In this document: in pieces, positions 1 through 12,317 of the stretch
How the letters are laid out: the number at the start of each line of letters is the position of its first letter
Numbering within the stretch: position 1 is the stretch's first letter
From: Gekko japonicus
Lineage: Eukaryota
Reading direction: 5' to 3'
Assembly: GCF_001447785.1 (NCBI RefSeq)
Contig: NW_015167060.1
Coordinates: 1,621,402 to 1,685,347, forward strand
DNA: 63,946 nucleotides
Program-made: the position numbers and the translations under genes
The notes under the pieces: model-generated
What the model was told of the DNA's origin: nothing
The model's database searches: none
Seen by the model: only the letters and a program-made list of their open reading frames with translations

Positions 1-500
1 AGAGAAGAGCGATGCGGTGCAAGCCGGCACGCACAGACTCCCTCCCCCCTCCCCGGCAGGCACCCAGGCGGGCCGCGTCGCCCTCACTTGCTCACCCACC
101 CAGAACAGCACATTGGAGGCGAAGAGCAGGTACTTGGCGCAGCAGCTGACCTGGGGACCTTGGAAGTGCTGGGCTTTGCCTGGCATGGCGGGCACGGGCC
201 TGGGAGCTGGCCGGCCGGCTCACAGCCCCATGCCGCCTGCCAGCCACCGGCCCAGCAGCGCCGCCGCCGCTCCGCCCCGTTTGGCCCGCCCCCTAGGGGA
301 AAAGAGTGGCAGTTGCAGCCCACCTAACCAGAAGTCGCTACTGGCTGTCGCTGTCGCAGGTACACACGTGCGCTGGACCGGCCCGCTTGGAGAAGTGCGC
401 TCTTCATCCCCTTTATATAGTCCATTTCAGACGTTCCAAAAACTTTATATGCCTTTTCTCATCGATAGGGTACGAGTCAAACACGGCTGCTGAACGGAAG
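1..500 (-). promoter_or_regulatory. CpG island / TSPAN17 promoter and 5'UTR, with TATA-like TATATAAA on minus strand at 412-419
   Basis: Very high GC and CpG density over 1-400; ctttatatag at 411-420 reads CTATATAAAG on the minus strand, ~230 nt upstream of the ATG. Confidence 0.7.
100..186 (-). CDS. TSPAN17: Tetraspanin-17, coding exon 1 (gene continues beyond left edge)
   Basis: gccATG at 186-184 opens MPGKAQHFQGPQVSCCAKYLLFASNVLFW (87 nt, phase 0), then donor GTGGGT. Resembles the TspanC8/TSPAN17 N-terminus (MPGKHQHFQEPEVGCCGKYFLFGFNIVFW), and synteny with EIF4E1B/SNCB fits. Confidence 0.92.
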
Positions 501-3500
501 GGGTAAGAATTATCGAAAAGGTCCTGAGAAAGTCTGTCAAGACTGCATTTTCCTCACTAGTAAGCAATCCTACAGTTACCTCGCCACTCACCAGGAGAAG
601 CGACTGCTAGATCAGACAATGGCATTATCAGGAGGACCTGAAGCAGAGCATCTCCTTTTCCTAAGCGCTAGTGTACATGAGCATGTTTAGATGGCATGCT
701 ACTACCAGGAGCTTGGGTAGAGGTGGGTGCAGTTTGCCAGAATGCTATCACAAGGGTCACACAGTTACACAGCAATCCTTTATCACCTGCCCTCAAATCT
801 TCAAAACCTGGGGCTGAGCTAGGAAGTGACAGATGACATCACCACAAATGTTTGTGGGCCATTAAGGCAGGGCCAGTGATTGGGGGGAGTGGGCCTCAAG
901 TTCAAAGGGAGCCTCATCAAACACTTGTTCATTTGGGGGGGAATTTGACAAGGGTTTTTTTGGGGAGAGGGGGGAAGGATGCCTTACCTTGTTTCCATGT
1001 GTTAATTTTTCTCTACAACTGAGGGCCTTAAAAACTGGACCATGTTGTCACTATTCTCACTCTATTTACTAAGTCAAGGGCCTATATTTTCCTTTTCCTA
1101 TATATAGCATATACCACATTTGTACCTGAGAATAAGCACACTAATGCCAGGCTTTGGCTGGTACTAGGTTTCTGTCCTAAGAGAGGAACTGTAATTCTGC
1201 AGTGTACAGAAGCATGGGAGGGAGAACTCAGGGAACTGGATGAAGCAGAAGAAAAGAAGAGGCCTGGACTGAAGACAGTGTACAGCTGTAGGTAAGGCGA
1301 CTGTATCAAAAAAGCTTGTACGGATGGCTGCAGCAGAGGGCAAAGCAAGCAGTCCCAATGCCCTGAACGGTGCTAAGGTTCAAGAGGCCTTGTGTTTGAA
1401 TAACCAAATGTTATTGTGGGGTCAGGCAGTGTCTCAATGATAGAATATTTGGTTTGTATGTGGAAGGTCCAGGTAGTAGTTAAAGACCTCTGCTTGAGAC
1501 CCCAGAGAGCAGCTGCCAGTGAATGTCAGAGTAGACAGTGCTGACCTTGACAGACCAATGGCCTGACAGTATATGGCAGCTTCCATTAGTAAACCTCTGA
1601 TATGCTGAGATGTGTGAGGAGGGCATCACCAAGCCTCCATAAGTACTGCAAAATTACTCATATGAGGAGTTGTTGGATTCTCTGGTTATTGTACCGCCAG
1701 GATTCTCTAACAATGTAGCAGAGTGCACAAGGCATTCCACGCAGCCAAGCTTTCTTACTGAGTGTGCTAGCAGGCTTACAAAGTTACACAGAGCCAGTAG
1801 TCCGCTTTAGAACTAATGAGAGTTCTTTATTATATGGAACTCCATTCTAGACAGTATAGATGAGATATGAGGACAGATTCTAATCTAACTAGGATGGGTG
1901 TGAATGCCAGGAAGCATGCCCTGCATCCATTGTTCCAAAGAAGTAGAGCAAAGTGTTCCTTCTTTGTGTGCGTGAGAAAAGTGTGAATGGAATGGAGGAA
2001 GGCAATTTCCCTGAGAGCTATCAGTCCACACATCAAAGGGACAGAGGGAGAAGAGTAAACAGGAAGGAAACCCACAGTCTGCCTGTGTATCTGTCTGACT
2101 CTCTTGTAACCCCCATCTGGAGGCTGAGGCTAAGAGACAACATCTGGTACTTCTAACATGAGTTACGTAGACATTGCATATGTACTGATTTGTCTGTGGT
2201 GCCTAATTCACGCATGCACATCATTGTGTAATGCTGCATTCAATGAATTATGGATTTTTATATATCAACTGGCCCTTAAAAGGCCATTAAGATGTACTAA
2301 AAATATATTTTTTGAACCTCAAAAGGATCTTGTACTGAAAAACAGTAGCATCTCATTTGGAAACTTGGTTCCAGACACCACTTTTTGAGGAGGATGGCAC
2401 GAAGGCAAAAATGGATCAGGGAAGACAAAGGGTTTCCAAATACAGATCATAGGAGGACAAACAAAAATACAGAAAAAGAATGGCGGGGGGGGGATGCTCT
2501 GGAGAAGAGAGAGACTGTCAGATTTTCAGTTACTGAAATTGATTCCTATTAGAAAGAAAGCAATTCTACAAATGAAGGGCAGGCCAATACAAGTTAAACC
2601 TGATCAGGAAGAAATTCCTAACAATAAATGGTCTGGGATGGTAGCATCTCCATTCTTGGAGCTTATTTCAGGTAAGGGATTTGACCATATGATCCCACTA
2701 CAGTTATCACCAACTCCACATTCCTATACATTCTTCATTTCTGTTTGCTTCTCCTAGCCTTTCCACACAACCTTTTCTCACACACACAGCATCTAAACAT
2801 ATTTCCTTGGGTTAGCACTTCTGTGGCAAAAAGGTGCCTCCATACGTTCAGAGTGCAGTATTGTGCTGTTGGAAGGAAATCAGAATCTTTTTTCCAGGTT
2901 GTAAATTCATAGGGAATGCAACTGGAGACTACTTAAAATGACAAGTATCGAACAAAATACATGCACAGGCATCCTGTATCTGTTCCACTATATAAGTTAG
3001 CTTTATGTTGCTTCTGTGAAGATTAGTCCAAAACAGTTGTCCGTCCATTGTCCTATTCAGCTGAGAATCCCCCCTCCCTGCCAGTCCCAGCCACATCTTC
3101 TACCAGGACACTCTAATTCTGCTCTGTGTTTAGCACCAAACTGAGCCACGGGGCTACATTTGTGATTATAACTGCTGCTGTGTCAAAAGTCTAGCAGTTT
3201 TGTAATGCTACATTACCGAGAACAAAGGAACACAGAGCTAGTTATATGCACCACCTACGGCCAGGCTCCATATGAACAACACTGCCAAGCTCTGAGGGCT
3301 ACCAGCACTGCAGTCGTGCTCCTATGGCCAATTGCAAGGATGCTTTAAAAGCTCTGAAACCAGCACCAAGGTAGGGGTGGGTGCGTTCATTCATTATGCC
3401 CTTTATACAATTGTCTTTAAGCCATGCCCTATGATTTTGTGAACGCTTTGGATTGTGCATCTGTGGTGCTTTGCAGTTATATTTGTTTTCCTCCCCTCCA

Positions 3501-3551
3501 CCCAACTGTGCATACTTTGTTCCTACCCAGGTGGCATGACTACTCTGCTGT

Positions 3552-3728
3552 AGCCTGATCTCAGAAGCAGGGTTCGCCCTGATTAGTATTTGGACGGGAG
3601 ACCACCAAGGAAGTACAGGGTTGCTACACAGAGGCAGGCAAGGGCAGAGTCACCTCTGAGTGTCTCTTGCCTTGAAAACCTAAGGGGTCATCATAAGGCA
3701 GCTGTGACTTGACAGCATTTACCACCAC
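3552..3728 (+). mobile_element. 5S rRNA-derived SINE with RTE-like tail
   Basis: gatctcagaagcagggtt...ttagtatttggacgggagacc 5S-like head; tail ggggtcatcataaggcagctgtgacttgacagca. Confidence 0.7.
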
Positions 3729-4484
3729 CCTGCTCCAATATCTAATATGTTTAGACTGGTTTTTATATCACTGTCTTTGAAATAGGAGCTGGGGGGAGTC
3801 TCAGCAAAAGGAGAACATGCAGTTGGGATATGTGCTGACCAAGAGCCTTAAACAAATAGATGGGAGGACTGGCATTCCAATTCCCCTGATGTTTGTTTCA
3901 AGCACCACATTCATATCCTTGTGCTCGATAGTCCTGTGATAGCTTTGGCCAGGTTCCCACTTCTGACGTTTAATTTTATTGCTTCTCTTCCTTCATGTTT
4001 CTACTCATTTAGTATTCATATTCCTTCGTGGCCTGCCTTATGGCAGATTCTTATTTGACTGCCCAGAGCACTGAGGCTTTATTATGCTACTTCCGTGCTG
4101 CTTAAAGAACTTGACACTAACTGTACATAACCCTCTCATTTGAGAAATTTCCTCTTCTGAAGTTGAATGTGTGTTGCTTATTAATGTAGCTTCCCACTCA
4201 CGCTGTGTAGTACTGAGTGTTCATGCTTGCCTCATGGTTCAACACAGACTTCACGTGTCACCTCTTGAGCACCACACTGATTCAAAATCAAGTCTGCTCT
4301 TTTCAGTGGTTCTATAACTACCTGCAACAAGGCACAATCTTTTTTTAAAAAACTGAGAAATTCTTTCTGTGTCATGACCTGAATTGACATGCAAGTCTGA
4401 AACTAGTTGAAGTTGCCTTACTACTAAATGTTCTCTTCTTGTACTGTACCTCCTGTCTCTCTGTGTGTTTGCAAGCATTCAGAA

Positions 4485-5080
4485 GGCTCATGAGCCATTA
4501 CCCTGAAAGTACAGGATAGAACTTTTCTCCATTTCCCATAGTACTAGAACTCAGGGGCATCCAATGAAGAGGAGGATGAAAGGAAGTAATTATTTACTTG
4601 ACAAGCAACTAAACTGGTATTCATTGGCAGTGAACACAGTGACAGTACTTAAATGACAAGGACAGCTTCTCTTCTCTTCAAAAGGGGGATTCATGGAGGA
4701 CAGATTGCTCAGTGCCCGCAAATCTAAAGAAAACCTTCCCATTCAAAGGCTATAAAACTTTGAATATCAGTGCCAGGAAGCAATATGAGGAGAATGCCTT
4801 GGCCCCTATGTCCTGTTTGTTGGCCCTCTAAGGTAACTAGCTGACCATGGTATAAGACAAATGTGGACAATTACGACCTGATCAAAGAACAAATGTAAAG
4901 AAAACAGTCGTGAGAGTCTGACCCACAAATCAGGTAGTCAACAAGTCTTGTTGACTGCCTGATTTGTGGGCCAGACTCTCACAACTGTTTTCTTTACATT
5001 TGTTGTTTGGCCATGGTATAAGACAAGATGCTGGATGAGATGAGCCACTGGTCTGATCCAGCAGAGTTCTTCTTATGTTC
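4485..5080 (+). mobile_element. CR1 LINE 3' relic containing an inserted palindrome
   Basis: ccatagtactagaactcaggggcatccaatgaag and terminal ctggtctgatccagcagagttcttcttatgttc. Confidence 0.65.
4888..5004. repeat. Near-perfect 117-bp palindrome
   Basis: 58-bp arms with 3 mismatches around a single T at 4946. Confidence 0.95.
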
Positions 5081-7536
5081 CTGGAGTGCATGGCGTTTTT
5101 CCACTTTCCCCACATTCTTCAGTCCAAACTCATCAACCCCCTCATCCAGTTACATGCGTGTGAGCATATGGGCTACACACTTATGTGTGTATGTTAAACG
5201 GTGCACTGTATCTTTCTATATACTTTTTCACCCCTACATATCATGAACAGTCAATGACAACCTTATTATTCATTATGAAAAAGGACAACTGAAGCAACAT
5301 AGCACGGATGTTTGTTCTAAGTGACAGAAAGACAAACGGGCACAAGAAAATGCTAGAGGCAAGTTATGCCTGTGTTCCTGTTCCCATCACTAAGAGAAGC
5401 ACAGAGACGAGCGCTTCAGTTGTTAGAACAGATTATCGTCCATACACTTTGGATGCAGCCTGAAACTTCTGTGTTCAAGCTACATCAAGACTCTAAAGCT
5501 GCTGCAGCTCTTGCCAGGTGTAGGTAGGGAACATGTAGCAGGAGTAAGATGGGCCTTCCTCTTCTATATTCAGTGGCTAGCAGAGGCCCATTAATGGCTG
5601 CTATGGTTAAGGCTAAAGACAGCTTTACTGCTGCTCATTACCAATCATGGGTTCTATTGCATACTTCTCCAGTTACCCAATCAGCCCACTCTTTGTCATG
5701 TCCAGGGAGATGTAACAAGTTTTGAAGTTCATCCAGAAGTCCCCAGGCCCCAAAGCTCTGGGGACAAACCTCTTTCCCAGGAAGGAGGGCCACAAAATGC
5801 TCAAATTGACAGCAGAACTGAGTTTCCTGCAAGGAGATAATCTCCAGGATCTACTTGGAGACTGGCAACCCTAGCAATAAAGCCAGGAAGGCATGTACTC
5901 CACATTGACTGGGGGAAGGGAAGGGAATGGCAGGGTCCCACAAGGACAACAGCTCCCAAACTCAGGATTAGGTAAGGACAAAGTTTTATTCTGGGCATAA
6001 ATTTTCATGTGCATGCACACTGTGCAGGCACACAAAAGCTTATACCCAGAATAAAAATTACTTGGCCACTGAACTTAAACTTTGTTCTGCTCCTTCAGAC
6101 CAGCATGACGACCCACCTGAACCTTATTAATGGAGTTCAAGTTGTGTAGCTCAAGCTGGACCAGGAGCAAGGGAGGGAATAAAGGGATGTCAGCCTTTCC
6201 CCCCTGCCTAAATTTCAGCAGTTTGTACCCATCCCTCTTGGGGAGATGCTGAGGCAACATCTGCGACTCTAAAGTTAGATTAAAGTGTTTTACTTTCCTG
6301 AGATACTGCAAGAGTCCTTTGTGTTATGAAAACCTTTTCACTATGTATTGTGCTCCAGCTTGGTAAGCTGTAGTGCTATAGTGAATAAAGCTCTTTCTGT
6401 TTTAAGTATGTAGGCTATGTTCGTAGTGCCTCACCTACATGCCTAGCTGTTTGTTCATGAACATGCAGAGGGCCTCTGCACTCTATACATCCACAGAGAG
6501 CCTTTTACTGGTACCCCAAACCACAGTTAAATGTGGCAAGGCTGAATTCCAGTTTGAGTGGCAGCAACCTGAAGACCAGAAGGTAAGAGGGTCAGAAGCA
6601 GGACAGTGCCCTCTTAGACACATGCAAGCCCTTGCCCTATCATGACACATTTAAGCTTGGTCTTAAGGTACTTTCCCTGCAGATGGCTTTATTTATAGCA
6701 TGTGTGACGGACTACACAGAAAAGCAGGGTTTTGTTTTTTTGTTTTTTAAAAAATGCTGCTTGTATCGGAGAGTCAGGGAGTTCAAGAATTAATCTTCCC
6801 TGGAGAGAAGAGCTTAGGTGATTGGCTGCTCTGCTCACTCTGATCGGCCAGCATCAGCTGAGAGAGAAAATAGAACAGCTGATCTTGAGGGAAAAGAGGT
6901 CTTTTGCAGTTTGGTCTTTTGAAATCTAACTTCTGAATCAGTAGCTAGAGGATTTGGCTTCTGAGGGAAGAGACATTTGGGAGTCAGTGTTTTCTGACAG
7001 GCAATAGTGAGAAAAGTACTTCTACAGAAAGAAGAGAAACCCCACTACCTAAATATATTAAAACAGCTCTGAGGAAGAACTTAAATTCTCAGTTAGAAAA
7101 GCTACAGAAGACCCTTATACAGACAAAGGATACCGGAGAAGGATTTGGCAGAAGGTCTGGGTAGTTAGAGAGAATTCCCATACAAGCCAAATAGTAAAAG
7201 GAGTTATTGCTTCTTAGGGACAAGGAGAATACCTCCCTGCCAATGAAAGGGCTTGGGAAGAGAACCCTGGTCTATTATGAAGGGGAGAAGCTTAGACACC
7301 TCAGGAGTTAGTGAAAAGCTGTATTATCTGAAGGAAGAAATCTAGAAACATCAATAAGAACTGTGTTAGAGCTAAATTATACTAAACAAAGTCCCTCTCA
7401 AAGAAAGAAATAGAAAGCCTTGAAACAAAACAAAATACACTCTCTGGAATGTTCTAAGAATTCAACTCTGTAAATATTAGAAAGAATCTCAAGACCTTGA
7501 GTATTCCTTTTATGCATATATTCCCTGCCTGTTTAA

Positions 7537-7768
7537 NNNNNNNNNNNNNNNNNNNNNNNNNNNNNNNNNNNNNNNNNNNNNNNNNNNNNNNNNNNNNNNN
7601 NNNNNNNNNNNNNNNNNNNNNNNNNNNNNNNNNNNNNNNNNNNNNNNNNNNNNNNNNNNNNNNNNNNNNNNNNNNNNNNNNNNNNNNNNNNNNNNNNNNN
7701 NNNNNNNNNNNNNNNNNNNNNNNNNNNNNNNNNNNNNNNNNNNNNNNNNNNNNNNNNNNNNNNNNNNN
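7537..7768. other. Assembly gap (232 N)
   Basis: Run of N. Confidence 1.
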
Positions 7769-8292
7769 AGTTGTTCCTCTGCTGCCCCGCCAGCCACCCC
7801 CTCTGTCCTCCACTCAAACTTTTCCCTGTGGCACGCGCCCCACCCTCCCCCCAAGCCCACCCCTCTGCCCTGCTCCGAAGCCCCCCCTCCCTGGGCCGGG
7901 TTCCAGCCAGCCTGGCCCCCATGCCGTGAAGTGCCCGGAGAGGGAGGGCCGCACTGTGCAGATGGCCCCCCAGAGGCGCACTTGGCCAGAGGGGGAGGAG
8001 TGGTGGGGGTGGCGGGTCCTGCTCAGATGTGGCCTTTCCACTCCCCACCGAGGCCAAACTTCCAGACTGGGGCCAGGGGGGCACTGAGCTCGGCTTCTGC
8101 AAATGGCCCCCACACCCCCAGCAAGTGGAGGGGCCAGGGGCCAGATGCTGGGTCCGCTGGGTGGGGGGAGACCAGGGCCAGAGAGGCACGCAGCGGGGGG
8201 GAGACACAAGGTGAGGGGGGCGCCACAAGGCAGCCTCACCTGGGGGGGCGCTAGTTTTGCCTAGGGCACCGAAAAACCTCAGGCCAGCCCTG
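7769..8292. mobile_element. GC-rich DNA-transposon fragment (other end in gap)
   Basis: Ends ttttgcctagggcacc...aggccagccctg, a hAT-type terminus; abrupt drop in GC after 8292. Confidence 0.5.
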
Positions 8293-9091
8293 CGGATGTC
8301 TTGCTGTATTACAAGCCATGGATATTAACCACCCTTCTGTAGGAAATCCCAAAACCATTAGTGATTTAGAGATGTTGCAAGAGCAAAATTAAGTCTCTAG
8401 GTAGGTGGCTTCTAGAAAGTAGCTTCACTGAATTTCAAGTCAGTTCTATAGCAGCTCATCAGTCATGAAAAGGGGTTTCACAGCAGAAAGTAGGCCCAGA
8501 AATCCCTCCAATCCAGCAGCTGTTATACTCAGTAGAAGTTCTCCCAAAAGACAGTTTAATTTGGAGAAATGCTGCATACCTCCTCCAGCAAGCCAGACAC
8601 TTTGGCCTACAAGTGTCATACAATCATGCTTACACTCAACTTTGCCTTGCATTACTTCCTCCGCTTTCCCCCCAGATATAGGTGCTCAGGGATGAATTAC
8701 CTGTGAGTGGGGAATGTTTCACTTTGTGCCAGAAAATGGAACATCAGAAGATACCTCTTCTTACCAAAACCAGGATGGAGATTCTTGGCATGTCAGGTGA
8801 GAACACAACCAGGTGGGAGGAAGGGAGAAGCTCATCCACTACTCTGCTAGCCAACTGCTGCCATATAACCCAAGTGTCTGGATGGGGAGGTAAGCCCAAA
8901 GAGATCCCACTACTGATCAGCCTGCTCAGTCCAAAGGAAGCCAATAGAAGTAATTTTTAAGGCAACAATTATTAGTTTTCCACAAGTCCCCAACCCTGGG
9001 CAAAGACAAAAGTAGAAGTGTTAAGACTGCAAAATTTTAGTTTCTCAAGAACAGAGCAAAGTTATATCACCACTCACAATGCCACCCCTAC

Positions 9092-9232
9092 ATATCAACC
9101 CCACCAGTCTCCATCTTCCTTCCATCCAGAGATCCCCCTCCCAGAGATCCTGCCAGCTGTGAGTATATCAACCCCCCAGTCTCCATCTTCCTTCCATCCA
9201 GACCCCCTCCCAGAGATCCTGCCAGCTGTGAG
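9092..9232. repeat. ~70-bp tandem duplication in EIF4E1B 3'UTR
   Basis: atatcaacccc..ccagtctccatcttccttccatccaga..ccccctcccagagatcctgccagctgtgag x2. Confidence 0.92.
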
Positions 9233-9248
9233 GCTCCATCGCTGTTGC

Positions 9249-9363
9249 TCACACCACAAACTTGTTCTTCATGAGGGAACCGCTTTTGGTGGCTGTGTCT
9301 GCATGAGCCTGATAACCAATTGCCACTTTTGAAGACAGGCCCAGGTGCTCCTTGTACACACGC
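9249..9363 (-). CDS. EIF4E1B: EIF4E1B last coding exon
   Basis: ttgcag|RVYKEHLGLSSKVAIGYQAHADTATKSGSLMKNKFVV*, TGA at 9251-9249. GLS.K, YQAHAD and SL.KNKFVV match eIF4E1B rather than eIF4E1A. Total CDS 636 nt / 211 aa. Confidence 0.96.
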
Positions 9364-9621
9364 CTGCAAATAAACAACATTCTGTTGCAATCAGCCTACA
9401 ACACCATGAGCCCTCCCGGAACCCCTCCCAGTGAAGCAAAACTTTTTTTTTAATTTAAAGGAATTCCATTCTTTATGCCAACCACTCACTCACATTTCAA
9501 GCCCCTATGTTACATTTGATCATAGGGATATATTCCATGTTATGAGGGTAGCTGGCATTAGCTCCCCTAAGTCACTGAGCAGCACTAAATAGAGAACAGA
9601 GGAGTGGGAACAGCCTTTTAC

Positions 9622-9761
9622 CCAATATGGGTGACTCCATCTCGGTTCTCTGCCTCCTGGGTCCAGATTGCAATCTTGTCCCCCTTGGCACGGATGTTGA
9701 TGACAGCCCCACAGACATCATCACTGTAGTCATCAAACATCTCTCCAATCAGACACAGCAG
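9622..9761 (-). CDS. EIF4E1B: EIF4E1B coding exon 6
   Basis: ctgtag|LLCLIGEMFDDYSDDVCGAVINIRAKGDKIAIWTQEAENRDGVTHI(G)|gtaaaa, 140 nt. Confidence 0.96.
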
Positions 9762-10187
9762 CTACAGGAGTAAAACAAAGACAGGGATTACAGGGAACCA
9801 CAGAACGCAGTATATGCAGGTGACATGGGCAAAACATCTGGCCTTATAAAGGCTCTTTAAGCAGCTTGCCCTGCCCAAAGGGAAACAAACAAAACACCCT
9901 TTGGAAAAGAGGGGTTGGTTGCTTCATTTGGAAGGGGAATAGCATACAAGAAGGGAAGAACTGCCTGGGCAGAAGGATCCCACATAGCCTTTCTTTCTCC
10001 CGTTACCAAGCTGTCAGGTGGTACAAGACACCTTACCCCTCGTGAACTACCACTGCCTTGGGAAAGAACTACCAAGGGGAGGGGACTAGGAGGGGAGCTC
10101 TTCCATCTGCCCAAAAGAGAAAGAATGAGGCTTAAACCCAGCACAGAAACCAGTGATGACCTGTGTGCACACACGCAGCTTACTTAC

Positions 10188-10301
10188 CGTCTCCAACCAG
10201 AAATGGTCAAGCTCTGTATGCCGCTGCTGCTTGGCCAGTGCAATAAGCCAACGGCCACCCCGCTTGTTCCGGTTATCTTCCCACATAGGCTCAATGCCAT
10301 C
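10188..10301 (-). CDS. EIF4E1B: EIF4E1B coding exon 5
   Basis: tggcag|DGIEPMWEDNRNKRGGRWLIALAKQQRHTELDHFWLET|gtaagt, 114 nt; cap-binding W102/E103 equivalents intact. Confidence 0.97.
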
Positions 10302-10577
10302 CTGCCAGGAAAGCGACAAGGAGTCCTTACTATGTCAATGCATGCAACTCACACATACGTCACAGCCTCCACATCTGCTAAAGTTCTGAGGCATTCTTAT
10401 TCCATCATAACGCATCAGACTTCCAACAGGCCATGCGTAGGACCATGACGTATGGCAAGGCTCAGTCAATAAGAAAAACAGAGCCGCAGGACTGCAGATT
10501 GAACAAGCCTTCTCCGCTCAGCATACCCACAGGAGACTTGCACAGTGCCATGCGATGCCAACTTGGAGATGCCTTAC

Positions 10578-10641
10578 CTTGAAAAGGGAGTAGTCACAGC
10601 CTGAGGTCAGCTTGCTGGCCAGCTGGATATGACTGTACAGC
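10578..10641 (-). CDS. EIF4E1B: EIF4E1B coding exon 4
   Basis: ctgcag|LYSHIQLASKLTSGCDYSLFK|gtaagg, 64 nt; ASKL-SGCDY is the class 1B pattern (eIF4E1A has SSNLMPGCDY). Confidence 0.96.
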
Positions 10642-11289
10642 CTGCAGTCTCATGGAGAAAGAGATAAGACACAGTATGAGGAAAAATGCATAGTGTATTA
10701 CCCCGCCACCCCCATGGAGATAGGTACCTTATAAAAGATAGCAGGAACATTTCTGTTATGTATTAGGGCTGGAATATTCCAGGACTGGGTAACAGAGACT
10801 GGCTGAGCTTGGAGCTCTAGAACAATAGCCCACCAGGACTCTGGAGGTGACCAATGAGAAACTAATGTTATGTAAACAGTGTATTGTTGAGAGTTGGGTG
10901 TGTTTGGGTGTGGTTTTTGCATGCGATTTAAACAGGGCTGTTGCCCTGAGGTTTCAGTCCTGTTCCTGAAATCACTAATAAAGCAGAGCTGATCACTATG
11001 CTTGGGGTCAGACCATCCATGGAACCCAGTATTTAACAATTTCTAAAGTAGCAATGCAACCTGGAAATATCCTTAAGAGCCATTCCACATAAGAAGTACA
11101 CTGCAGGGAACTGTGGCCCATTGGGAGTTCCCTACAGCATGCACACGTGTCTAGTTTGTTTTAAAATATACTGTGTGTTTCACTTTTAGTATATATGTGC
11201 ACAAGTACATGCAAGTGTACAGAGCAGCTCTGAAGTGGAAGTGTTTGTCAGACTCAGATATTCTGTTTTCCCTTCCAGCTAGGATGAAA

Positions 11290-11560
11290 GCCAGTTTGAT
11301 GCAGTGGTTAGGAGCACGGACTCTAATCTGGAGAACCAGGCTTAATTCTGCACTCCTGCACATGCAGCCAGCTGGGTGACTTTGGGTCAGTTACAGTTAT
11401 CTCAGAGCTGTTCTCTTACAAGCAATTCTTGCAGAGCTCTCTGAGCCCCATCTACCTCACAGGGTGTCTGTTGTGGGGAGAGGAAGGGAAAGGAGATTGT
11501 AAGACACACTGACTCCTTCGGGTAGTGAAGGGCGGGGTATAAATCCAATCTCCTCTTCTT
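11290..11560 (+). mobile_element. tRNA-derived SINE, Squam3-like (MIR/Ther1-related), (CTT)n tail
   Basis: gccagtttgatgcagtggttag head ... acctcacagggtgtctgttgtgggg ... ggtataaatccaatctcctcttctt; five close copies in the window. Confidence 0.8.
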
Positions 11561-12317
11561 TTAAATTGCTCTTTTTGCCATCATAGAAATGTTTAATGGT
11601 ACCTACTTGGGTTGGACCCAAGTGGTACTTACATAGCAAATTTATGCTGATGACTGCCTTGGGTCCCCACTGGGGAGAAAGGCAGGGTATAAAGAATTCA
11701 GTGAATTATAACAGCTTAACCTACATGCCTTTTCCCGAAGGATTGACAACTGCGGTTTAGCTAGGTTACAAAGAATTCTGAGGGATGTTTGGTCTCTCTG
11801 CCAGGGCTACAATCCTCAGACTTCCCTGGATGAAGAGAATGAACATTAAGCTACTCAGAGTCTGAAGTGTGGGTCAGCCCAAACAGTATTTTAGGTGGGT
11901 GTCAGCATTCTGTTTCTGAACGCTTCTTTTATACACTTGATTGTTGCTGGAGCTCTTATGTATCCAAAGAGTTTGCATGCAGGCCTGTTGGTGTCAGATT
12001 CTATAGTATTGTGTGCATGGTGGAGGTGGAGGTGAAGGAGACACCTATACCAACTACTGCAAAGTAACTCCTTTACTCACGGTCAGTGATTAAAAACGGT
12101 TGGAAGCATGATGTTGACAATACCCTTATCGGAGCATTTCTGAGACTGACAATCTAGGAATATTTAATACTCTCATGTCTTTCTTCTCACTAATGTAGGT
12201 ATGCTGCCGTTTTCACTGGACTCGCCACCAGACAGACACCCCTTCCCCCCTGCTGAATTTGTGGTTGTCAGGTTCAGGAATCCTAACGGGTAAGAAGAAA
12301 GAGTGAAATCCACTCAC

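Noticed and set aside
17-493. 158-aa plus-strand ORF and overlapping ORFs
   Set aside because: GC-rich shadow of the TSPAN17 CpG island; GTG start; the real coding frame is 186->100 on the minus strand.
3552-3728. 5S rRNA gene or tRNA genes
   Set aside because: All 5S- and tRNA-like matches are diverged SINE heads fused to retroposon bodies.
6145-6439. TGTAG...CTACA segment with AATAAA, possible solo LTR
   Set aside because: No matching target-site duplication.
6701-7536. LTR-like stretch beginning TGTG(TG)ACGG
   Set aside because: Runs into the assembly gap; no 3' CA end or TSD could be defined.
7454-8254. ORFs of 107-231 aa
   Set aside because: They span the N gap and a GC-rich transposon fragment.
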